A DNA stretch of 64,000 nt from NCBI GenBank assembly GCA_036172245.1, contig JAYWIR010000006.1, positions 3,472,001-3,536,000 of the forward strand. The letters run 5' to 3'. The notes below the pieces were generated by a model. That model was given only the letters and a program-made list of their open reading frames with translations. It had not been told where the DNA came from and searched no databases. The position numbers and the translations under genes are program-made. This document shows, in pieces, positions 25,741 to 36,799 of the stretch (the first letter of the stretch is position 1; each line of letters opens with the position of its first letter). Source of the DNA: Raillietiella orientalis (lineage: Eukaryota).

Positions 25741-26340
25741 ACTCAGACCGAGCCATTCGGTTATTTAACGGCTATCAACAGATGGCCATAAAGGTTAAAA
25801 AGCTCCCAGCATTGAATCTCTGTCACATTCATATCTTCCTGGACTCTGCGGCTCCGAGTGCAAACTGGTCTCTGCTTAGCAGCCATTCTAAAGGGCCTCC
25901 AAAAGACTGTCACTGGATGATCCTCATAGATTCGTTTCTAAAAAAAAACCAAAAAAGAAGAGTGCTTTTCCTGATAACGCGGTTAACTAGGAAGGCAGTC
26001 GGCGCGAAGATGCTGGGAGCTCCTCTAATTTATCATTTCTACCACGTTATCCACTCTTTGTTAGCACCTGTTCTTCCATGGTGCCTCTGCAGGAAGCTGT
26101 TTCCAGACGACACGGCTTCACAGATGCGTCTGATTGTGGCGCGATTGAAGAAGAACAGAATGCAGTCATCGGACCGAGAAACTTTCTGAATCTAAACGTG
26201 GTCTTCAGCGAACCGGCAGCACTTTGGGCAGTGGGTTTTTCTGGAAGTTTCGATGCTCAGTAGAGTTCGAGAGCCGTTTCGGGAACGCACAGAGTTGTCG
26301 AGCGTTTGCAGCGGTTACCCAAACATGTACACATGACGAA

Positions 26341-26342
<2 letters not shown>

Positions 26343-26372
<30 letters not shown>
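26343..26372. repeat. (CA)n microsatellite
   Basis: Direct reading. Confidence 0.95.
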
Positions 26373-26375
<3 letters not shown>

Positions 26376-28029
26376 GTCTCTTTGTAGGGGCTTAACGAAG
26401 CACGTGACTCTATGCTGTTAGATCAATAGCAAATAAGTGCGGTTCTTGTGAAACATTTAGATTCCTTCCGATTCCTCTCCATCTCCTGGTTTATCGAGCA
26501 CGGTATTCTGCAACAGCTGGTACCCCTGCTATTCACTTTAGAAAGGCAGGGGACTATGAAACTACGGGGCGAAAACCCATGGACGAATGTCCAGCTTTCC
26601 TTGGATACCAAAGAGCTTCTCTGGAATTCCTCCGAATGGAAATTCAGATTAGACGGCGATTTGCAAAATTTGCACCATCTCTTTTGGGATGTTACTGTAG
26701 AATACGTGAACGTCGAAAGTGCTATGAGCTGTTTTTTCCCCCCCACTGAATTGAAAAACGAAGAATGTCACACGGTCCAGCAGATCGATCAATAGGGGTG
26801 GTCCGGTGTACTATTTTGTATAGGTACAAAAACTATCTTTAAAAAGATAAAAGTCCTCTTGGTCTTGATGTGCTATTAAAATGCAATATCCGTCTTCCTC
26901 ATGGAACATACGATTTCTTCGTATTCCACTTTATGTGGCACATGGCCACTTATCAGCCACAGAGTAGCGGAGCAATCCAATGATTTGCAAGAGACAAGTC
27001 AGAGCTTCTGTCACAGCTCGAATACGCAATGATTTGGAATCCTGGATTGCATGCATGTCAGTGTCATACAGGTCAATTGTGTGTTGAGCTCAAAAGTAGT
27101 GAATGAGCATTCGTAGTGGCGTTTTGCTTGTCCACGGAAGATTGGAAAAGACAATGCCAAGATTCAAACAAACTTCCCTCACTTCATTGAAGTTTCGGTA
27201 AGATATAAAAAAAAATACTTGGTAACACATTTCCTGAGTTTAAAAAAAAGGAAAAAAACTTCGTTTTCTGTTTGACGTGATTTGCAAATTTTCGTGTAAA
27301 CTTGCAAAATCAAAATCTTTCAAAAAATCTGCTCCAAGAAAGGAAAGTAATTCGGACTTTTTTTTGGTGGAATACCTCTTGGGTAAGATGTACTCAGGAT
27401 GTTGTACATAATGCACAACGGAATAAAAGCATTATGGCACTGCGCCTTCTTGCTTTTTTATCTTATGCCTTTTTTTTTTGATAAGTAATTTTGCATCAAA
27501 GATGAGGATGTTTCACGGAGGAGTGGGAAGGGATCCATTCTATATCTTCGACACCACTTTCGACCACTTCCTGAGGACGTCATGAGGAAAGAACGTACAA
27601 GAATCACTGCCATCAATCAGCACCAAACGGAGTACGGAAAGGAAATTCGGCATCAGAGGTGCGGAGGAAACTTATTCCCGATTCAAACCTCGACTTTCTG
27701 AGTATTTTGAATATGAAATGAGATCTGGGATGCTGTTCAAAGCTTTGAGCCTTCGGCAGTGCTATTGAGCACGCGTTGCACAGGTTTAGCCAAAAGTACA
27801 TCACACACACGTCCTCCGGTTCCTAAAACTTGAGTCTTCGCATACGACACAGCAGATTCTGTTTATCTTTCTCAAGAAGCGGCGGTTTTCCGTGGAAGTT
27901 ACTTCGAAAAAGCGATGGGGCGACTCGCAACTTCGATCTCCAGCACGAGACACTCTTCTCGCTCTCCACGAAGATCGGTCGGCAGGACCTCACGCAAGAG
28001 AAAAACATTCAGGTTCTTTGGAGGAAGTG

Positions 28030-29400
28030 CGCGCTCCGCCTTGCGAGTCTTCCACGTTGAGGCAGAACTCCCATATGCAGAGTTTCATTTTCCAGGCGAT
28101 CCTGAGGTGCTTGCACGATCATCGCACTTGAACAGGGTCGTGTCGATGTCTTGAGGAGGCAATCAGGAGTCACAGAGAGGAAACTTTTCAGATGGCAAGG
28201 GAACTGTCACGAGTGGAAGGCCCTGGTTTCTAGGCCGTTTGCTCCTGTTTGAGCACGAAACGACTTTCCAGCTGATGGCTTCTGCCTTGAAACTTCTTGA
28301 TTTCCTCAGTTGAAAAGAAGCAAAATCCTGCATGAGTCGTGAATGTGACGTAATTACTGTAGGAGGATGCATGTACTAGGAAACGATCAAAATGGTTGGG
28401 AAAACGAATCGCTTCTTGCTTCAGTTGACCTTTCTCTTGCGTATCTCATTTGAGAATTCTTAGGCTGGGCCATCGAAAGATTGGAGGAATTTTTTTTAGA
28501 GGAATTTATGAATTCCTGCTTGTTTCTGCAACTCTTCAGATGGGATCACGTGGTGCATCTTCGTTGTTTTTGCAACAAAAAATCATAGGAGTGGTCGATG
28601 ATACTCTCTTTAGTCTCGGCGGCAACCCTTTAATACACCCTGTTTCTCAGGAACAGACTTCATTTTGCCGCACAGCCGTAATCAGCACGATTTTCTACGT
28701 ATGAGCCCTTGCACGGACCCTTCATCATTTTCTTCCTCTCAGTCCATCTGATGGAAAGGGCGGCGCTACGTCACGGCACCCGGCAGGTGACGTCTCGGAT
28801 ATGTCTTGCGAATTTGCTACATGTTGACGCATGCCATTGTGCTCTCTTCGTGATTCTGGCTGTGCACCAGAGTTCCGAGCACCTCGTCGTTCTTCGCCTT
28901 CCAGGCTGCCTGGGATGCCCAGCACCGCCAATGCTCTCACAGAAACCCCTCTGGCTACCAGGAGGAGAGACAGCTTCCTGCATTTGGCCTCGTCTTCCAG
29001 TCCTGCTGCCGAATTTTCATGAGAGAGGCAACATCGGTTAAGATGACTCGACCCTCGCTATGCAATACCGTCCAGGTCAGGCAGCCGAATTCTCGTTCAG
29101 AACCCCCAGAATTGATGGTTGGAGGCCTCCAGCTTCCATTTTCTTCGAATCGTTTCATTGATAAGGTTGACCGAACGGTGGTGCCTCTTGTTGATGAAGT
29201 TTTGCACGCAACCATTGGCAGTGCTCTTTGGGAGCTCTTTTTGCCCTTGACACCCCCGAAACGTGCGATCCGCACGGCTTCTTTCAGGCGTACAATGAAC
29301 TGATGTGACTCAGAACAACGGCGGGAGAGGAAAGATGGTAGGAGAAAGATGTGATTAGGAGCACAGAGAGATCGCTTTGGAAGCATTCGCGATGAACCTG
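28030..29400 (-). mobile_element. DIRS-like tyrosine recombinase fossil
   Basis: Ordered remnants: LITSFSYHL...VLSHISSL (~29330), TWTVL (WD+..VL, ~29070), RKLSLLLVARGVSVRAL (K+++LLA+....R.s+L, ~28960), DIDTTLFK (28127-28150; GID...F.aHS.R) and SASTWKT (aa.W+s, ~28055). Confidence 0.5.
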
Positions 29401-30042
29401 ATTTGATACCATATTGTGTTTAGAATGTGCCGCTTTCCAGTCAAGTTTGAAGAGTACAAATATGAACGGGTTGCCTTCGTTTTTATAACAAGTGCCCGAG
29501 ACTAACACACACAGCAGGAGCGGTTGGACAGATTAGATTGGACCAGAATCCAATGTCGAAGTTGCGCTGATTTAACATTTATTGAAAATGGTGAAAAACT
29601 GTCCGCGTAAGCAGGACAGACAAAGAAGCTGGATATAGAGGAAGTCGGGAGGAAAACGGAAGGCCAAGGGAGCCGAGAGCGTTGATGTTTAAAAAAGCCG
29701 CAGAGCTGATTTGCATGACTTCTGAGAAACAACGAGGATGCCGTGCCATCCGAAATCTTTTTGAGCAGACAAAACTAATGCAAAATTCATTCGTCCCTTC
29801 CTTACCTATAGAATAAGGAACCAGTAGAGCAATTCATTCAAAGAGTTACAAGCATCACATGAAGGTTCAAGGTTCCTGGAGAATGCGAGATTCCAGCTTT
29901 GATCTTGCGTTTCCAATTTTATTCCTCATGACGTAGATGGAGACCAAATCATCGTGAAGAAGCATATTGCAAAGCTCGTATTTAGATGCCCTTTATGGAT
30001 ATACGATGGACACGATTCTCGTCTGTTCAAAATAAGCACTAC

Positions 30043-30061
30043 ATCCATCCATCCATCCATC
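30043..30061. repeat. (CATC)n microsatellite
   Basis: Direct reading. Confidence 0.9.
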
Positions 30062-30699
30062 TGGTTCCATACAAATCGACCTATCAGTCCGATAGCATTA
30101 TAAATCCTTTAGCTTTCTTTGGCACGTGAAGAATGTTGAATGGGGTCCACTCTTGGGTTCATGCATTGCTTTTGGCTGTGGCTAATTTCAAAATCTCCCC
30201 ATCTGCAGGAGATGAGTCGCGTAATATATCCTGTTCCCCTATAACAGCTCTCCAATCAATTGTTTTCGTCTAGCAGGAATTGAGGACAAAAGGAATCTTA
30301 TCGCAGAGCTTTCCAAAGATGCATGGTCCTTTGCAACCGCGAACCACTCAGTGCCTTCCTCATGCTTCTGCATAAATTAAATACGGAGCAATAGATGTGC
30401 TAATAGGTTGAGCGGAGAGCAGACACTCTGCAAGGGCAACCGAACGATACCCACGATCCAGGAGATGCAGAGAATAGTCAGATGATGATGCTTCTGATGT
30501 TCTCGTTGGCACTTTCGAACTAAAGCTCCGAAAGGTGTAGCGTAACATATTTCGAGAGGTTGTAGTTTATCTTATTTTCATCTACTCAAACCATCTACTT
30601 TGCATACATCACGTGTTCGCTTCAGGATTCTAAGCAATCTCATAATAACAGAAAGGAATATCGTTATCCGTAAAACAGAGCTGAGCCGGATGCCGTTGC

Positions 30700-30920
30700 A
30701 TCGCAGCTGCCAACGGTTCGCTTTCGTCCGGTAAAAATCACCAGGAGGAATTCCTTACACAGAGGGAATTCCGCAAACATCCCTTTAACCGATACGCATT
30801 TCCCATCTTGAAGATGGAATCCAGGATACTCTCAAAAAGTACGGACCTATGATCATGGAACGAAACAGTGGGTGTCCACAGCCACGTATAGGATTGACTA
30901 CATCCAGGTTTCCTGTTTGC
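30700..30920 (-). mobile_element. Tc1/mariner-like transposase fossil
   Basis: IIGPYF (30835-30853) is preceded by a degenerate V.VW.g segment, a motif of mariner-like transposases. Confidence 0.4.
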
Positions 30921-31679
30921 CTTTGCAGCTGTGTTCCGCTAGCTTCGTAGCTCAGCAGAAGACCTCTGGACTTGCCATACTTCCTTTCGACTTGCAAATG
31001 AGATCCCTATTTGAAACGCTGTCCAGGAACCGAAGGTCTTCACGTTCTTCAGAGAAGTTCTTTGTTTGTGCGTTGTTTCGGCACGCAGTTGCAGACGCCG
31101 ATCGAAACACACAGACCGCTGGTCATCAAGGCAGAGGAACAATTTTTCTTGCTTTTTTTTTTCCCCCAAAAGTGGCAGAGTGATCGTTTAAAAATGGGGC
31201 AGATCCCGTCTCATTTTCGGGAATTAGGCCGAGTGCCGTTCCAAATGGAATACCAATTTGCATGTTTCAAAACTTGATTGGCAGCTGACAAATGACTCGA
31301 GCATCCCGTATTTGGGATTGTAGTGGTTCGATCGGTAAAGAGTATCAAGAAACTGTAACCATAATGTCAAAAGGGAAATTTAAACGGATGAATGGAGAGA
31401 CTCTTTCTTCATCATCCTCTTCGCTCCTTTCTTCTCATTGGCCATTTATGACCTCCCATCGCAGGCGGTGGACCCCATCCGAAGTTTTTCGGACTCACGT
31501 CCCGGGAACACGGGTCTTCTCCGAGCACGTCGTTTCCGTTGGTCTGCGCGCCGCCTCTGTGGTGGCATTTCGGAGATGCCGCGGCGACTGCTCTCAAGGC
31601 AGCGGGCAATGCAGCAAAGCTGCTACTCCTCAATGTCCCTTGTCTTTCCGCCTTGCAGCCCCGTTCATGGATACCATCC

Positions 31680-31932
31680 GGAGGACAACTCCGAAGAACT
31701 CTTTGATTCCTGGAAGGCCTCGGAAGGTCAACTTCCAATCCCGGCCAGTCAATGGGAGCATCCTGTTTCCACCAGCAGACTGCTGCATCAGCGTCATCCT
31801 GCGGGGGAGGATTCCAAACCCACGGCACATCTCCCATTTCTAGGTGCCGATGCTTCCCCAGGCGGGATTCGAACCCGCGACACCTGACACTACGCGCGCA
31901 GACACCTCAGGCGCACGGGCGCCAACGCGGGC
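31680..31932 (-). mobile_element. tRNA-derived SINE, copy C (5' part only)
   Basis: 5' end gcccgcgttggcgc, perfect B box ggttcgaatcc, then cccgcaggatgacgctg...ggtggaa...gactggccgggattggaagttgacc...ttccaggaatc. Confidence 0.8.
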
Positions 31933-33589
31933 AGGCAGAGCCCGGTGCGATCTCCTTCCCTTCGCCCTTGATCGCGAGGTCCGGCTTCCGCTTTCAGCCC
32001 GTCCCAGGAAGAGTCCGGCTGTACGCTCCCTCCTCCCGGAGGATCAGGGTACTCCGGACAGTCCTCTTGACCGGGGTCGCCATCTGCTTCTCCGCCGTCG
32101 TGGCTTGATTGTCGTCGAGGACGCGACCTGGCGACTCGGCACGCGCCTGGAGCCTGACTGCCACCCGACTCGGGAAGGGGTATCTTCCCGACCCGGGTCT
32201 CGGCCGCCTCGGCCTCGCGTTTCATCGCTGGCGGACCCGAGGCGATTTTCTTCCCCAAGTGAGCGTCGATTGCTGGAGAGTCTTACCGAAGCTGAAGTCG
32301 TTCTTAACTTCCAAATTTCTTGAATATCTCTTGCAGTGTTCGACACTGTATCCATTCCAGTAATCCCTCATAACAGATCGCTTTGAAAAACACATCAAAG
32401 ATGGATCGAAGGGGCATAAATATTCATCAGGAAAACAAAAGTCCTTCTGCGCACAGGTGTGGTCGGTGGACCCTCCGAGCAACTCGGCCATTTCCAATCA
32501 TCAGTGCGGGCGGCAGGGGAAAAAAGAAAAAAAACCACCTGTCACCAAAGCACGTACTACACGAAAATTCAATGAATGCGGTTGATATGCATTTCCGTAG
32601 CAACACGTATCGTACTCGATGAGGGAATGCACTTCGCAAAGAACCCCTTACTGAAGCATAACCGAACACCTACACGAATACTTCGAGTTTAATTGCGTTT
32701 TATGGAAAATGCCACCGGAAATTAGCCTCCTCTCTGTTTCTCGGTATCTCTTCTCCCTGAATTGGAATTTGCTCCGAGTTTGCCGAGCCTTTTTTTGCTG
32801 CTGAGTAATCTGGGCGAAAGCTGAGTGGATGGTTTTCCTGCTGAAGACCAGACGCTGAGCTGCGTGAACAGATGCACAATGACTCTTCACTCCTGCAGCA
32901 GCCAACTTCGTTCATCAATTTCCCGAAACTCCGATTCCGTGGAAAAGGGGGGGGGGGGGAGGGAGAGAGAGAGAGAGAGAAGTGCGAAATGATTTTGTAT
33001 TCCGAAATGATTTCAATTATTCGTGAGAAGCCCTCCACGATCGGAGCAGAGTCGTTTTCAACTCAAATCCTTTCAGTCCGTCCTTACGCAAATCGCAAAA
33101 GTTTAGATGGCTCAACGATGTATTCTCAGTACGCAGTAAATTACATTATCAAGGCCTTTTTTTTTTTTTTTCTTCCCCTTTATCCTTTTTCTTCCAGAAC
33201 GGATGCATATGGAACGAGGCATGCCTCGCTTTGTGCTTTTTGAATTGTGCATCTTCTTAGAGGAATTGAGCTCCTTGAACCAAACTGTTACTCTCATAGA
33301 GCCTCTGGTCGGCAGTGGAGTAGAGCGAGAGACGGAGACTGGAAAGTTGCACCGAGCTGTGCGAGATGAAGTGGCCGATGCTTGGCCGAGACCTCGGGTG
33401 CTTTCGTGATTTTCGTGCCAAGTCGACGTGAGCAAAAGCAAATTACCTGCTGTCGAGAACACATTTTGAAGGGTGAACGGACATCGTGAACGTGTTTTTT
33501 CCTTTGAAAAAGAAAAAAAAAGAGCAAATAAACACAAGCCGATGCCGCATTTGAAATTCTCCTGCATCCGAAGCGTTTGGTCTGGTGGA

Positions 33590-33800
33590 ATTTCGGTACA
33601 GACACGGGATGAGGGCGATGTTCGTTCAAGAGGCTGAAGTCCAGCTCGAAAACTTTCCGAGAACTTCGCAATCCCTCAACCAGAGGTGGAGTTGGCGCAT
33701 TACGATTCGCATGAAACACGAAAAGAAGTTCAAGAGCTTGGAGTTTGTGAGTGGGCGGGGCCTTGCGTGGATTATGGCAGATGTACGGATCCACTGATTC
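33590..33800 (+). mobile_element. Tc3/Tc1-like transposase fossil
   Basis: RAMFVQE....WRITIRMKHEKKFKSLEFVSGRGLAWIMADVR resembles R..FA......W..+++SDEKKFNLDGPDG....W.DLR. Confidence 0.4.
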
Positions 33801-36012
33801 GAAAAAGATGCCCGTTGAGCAACACGTGATTCTTATTTATTCTTTTTCTCACTGCGAGACGCTGTATCTGTCACCAAACTGCCGTGTCATCCCCCTCTTG
33901 AATTTGCGGCAGCATCGAGTAATTTGCTCAAAAGTCATCTCGCAGCCTTCCTCTTAACGAGTGTGAGGGATTGAACTGATGGTATGCATTTTGCATTTAC
34001 ATCCGTTTGCCGAATCAACTGCGCCTCTCAATCCGAATCCTCTCGCACGAAATCAGTAGGGATAGTTTCTTCTCGCAGTCATTCCGAATACAGATAGCAA
34101 TCTTTTTGCTTCCCTTATGAAAGCCCTCGATTTTATTGTCCCATAAATCAACAGTTCAACACGAGTCCTATGAAAGATGATTAGATGATCATCTTGTATC
34201 TCGAAACTGAAGCATTTTTCACGTTTCACACTTCAGGTATGCGGCTGTTCTATTACGATCATCAAGAAGCGAGTCGCTTGATGCTGGAGAGGTATACCCC
34301 ACACTTTATGGAGAATGTACCCATGAGGAATAGAAAACTTATTTGTTAGGATTAGTTGACTGAGAAGGGTGCTCCAGGGGAAAGCAGTGCTCCATAAAAA
34401 TAAAAACGAAATGAGATGCAAGCATCAGCAAGCCGACGAACAGATCAACGAATCTCCTTTTATATTCGCTCCATGCTTAATCCAAATGGTTTGCAGTGTC
34501 TTTTCCTTACGTTTCTTTTTTTGACACGGACTTCTGCTAACACAAGGCAGACATCTTTGTCTACGTTTGGTCTGTCTTCCGCGGGTAAGCACGCAGCTAT
34601 TGTCCATTACATGTATACTGCAGTGATGGTTGCAAGCATGTATCACGGAAAGAAATTGACTAATCATCAATCCGTGTTTCTGCTTCTTTAAATGATGATA
34701 AGGACAATCTGCAGCATCATAATCAGCAGCCATTACTTGGTAGTAAACATCCCTCTCAAGATTTATGCCCGTATCATGCTTCGGAATTGGAAAAGCATGT
34801 TGTGGAAAAAAACGAAAACTGGAAATTCGTGACAAGGATTTACATCTCCCTGACAACCAACTGTAATGGGCATCATGATAATAGAATATTTATGCTATTT
34901 GCACGCAGTGAAAAGCTACTAATAGACCAAAACTCGCGGCAGCCATCGTGTGGCTCTTGAAATATGCATGTGCTGAATTCTCTAGCATCTGTGGTACTTC
35001 TCCCATGCTGAAAGTTTACCCGGAAGCCTTCTCTCTCTAAAAATCATCGTTGCCTCCCAAACCACCCACAAGAAAACAAGAAAAAAAGGAAAAAGGAAAA
35101 GTCCAGCAGGAATATCTTCGGGATATGCGCGTTATGTTTCAGTATTCCCTCACCGTTAAGATCAGTGGACAACTGCTCCCTCTGACAAGGCAGAACGTAT
35201 TGCTCTCATTCAAGTGAGTTGGTAACTCTTGCAGAAAGATTGCGGAGAAGATTACAACTATTAGTATGGTTGTGCATGGAAGGATGCATTAAAAAGTTTT
35301 AAGCAGCCATCCATATTTCGAAAGCAGTTGATCAGAACTTGAAGCAATTTTCGAGGAAATAAAAATCCCGCTCTGAACTTTATCTTATGATCTTCACGTC
35401 AGTTCCCAAATTCCCAAAAAGGTAGCAGGGTTTTTAATGATGAGGAGCAGTAAACGCAGAACCGTGTTTCTTTCTCTTTCCTTTTTCCTTTTTTTTGCGG
35501 AGAAATTCGAAAAGCGGCGAATTCACGGAAGTTTTCTGGGGAGCTTTCGGAAGAGAATTAGCCTCCGTGAATGGAAAAAAACTCTCAGAGAGATCTGGAA
35601 AGTCTCGGAATTATCTGGTTCCAGGGAGAGCCGTCTTGAGACTGGAGGCAGGAAACCGATTCATTGCACCTTTGAAGCATATCGCCAGGCATAATGATGG
35701 TGCAACCCTCTTCCCAAATAGACTCTTTTGATGAATGAGTAGGGACAAATTACTGCATGCGTAACCAGACGGTGGCTTCATCAAGCAGTAGCAACAGCGA
35801 ATGCGGAGTCTCAAAAACTGAACATCTTTGATTGCTTACGTAATGAGCGTGTTCGAGATCGGATGAACAGCGATGATGCACTCCACGCCAAACAGGAAAC
35901 AGGCTCACACGAAAAGATCGGCAAAAGGCGACCCGCTGGAATGTTCGGAGAAGTCGGAGAAGACTTTCTGGCTACCCTGACTGGAGGCCCAGTCAGCTTG
36001 GGATAGCCGGAA

Positions 36013-36051
36013 ATTCCGATGGAGATCAAGTAGCTTGATCTCCATCGGAAT
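36013..36051. repeat. Perfect 18-bp inverted repeat with 3-nt loop
   Basis: attccgatggagatcaag-tag-cttgatctccatcggaat. Confidence 0.95.
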
Positions 36052-36799
36052 CCCGCTCACCATGGAAGAAACAGTGCTGGAGCCATTGCGAACGATCGGG
36101 ACCTCTTTCTTCAATCGGCAGTGGAGCACCCAAAGATCGGCTGGTAGGAGTCTTAAGGAAACCATGGTTCAAGGAGGCAAGATGGGCGATAGTCGTCGCC
36201 CTACTCTGGAGAAAGCAGTTCTTCTCGGAGCGCGGGCCAGGGGAGAGCGAGGTGAAGTGGGAGGGGTGGGTGGGGATACTTCGAGGATTTGAGGCTGTAT
36301 CTCGTCACTATGAGATCACCAGGCAGCGGCGATCGAAGAAGTTTCCGTGCAGGACGCAGCTGTCACGTCTCGATTCCGTGTCGCTTGCGAGCAGAGGCAG
36401 GACGTGGCGGGCTTGCGGAAGTGTCCACCCACGCGAGAACCCGGCGCGTCGATGTGAAAAATGGGAAATCGATTTGCCTGTTCCTCTTCTTCCTTCTCCG
36501 AAGGAAGCTGAACCGGTAGCGCAACCCCGCCGTTGTGTGAGTTTCAATTATCCCGAAGATGTGCGCTTCCGCCTCATCTGGTCATGCAGCCACGGAGGGA
36601 GGATTCTAACTTCGCACGCGGCGGCTCATTACGGTTGACTCATTACATATCTCCTGATCTTAATGAAACGGAACCTGAGGAGCTTCGCTGTTTCCCCCTC
36701 GGAGTCTTGGGAATTCTTTTACTAGGTGCCAAGGCGACGGTAACTCCAAGAAATTCATCAGTGGTTCGAACGAACGGGTGAGGTTCCTCGTGATCCCTC

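Noticed and set aside
26448..26795. Polinton/Maverick PolB motif (LDSFRFL)
   Set aside because: A single short motif with no other PolB motifs nearby.
31855..31932. tRNA gene (perfect B box)
   Set aside because: No convincing cloverleaf or T-run terminator; it continues into the shared SINE body.
32286..32380. Possible minus-strand exon with a gtaaga donor
   Set aside because: The frame that would end in phase 2 contains a stop, and the other frames show no F-BAR similarity.
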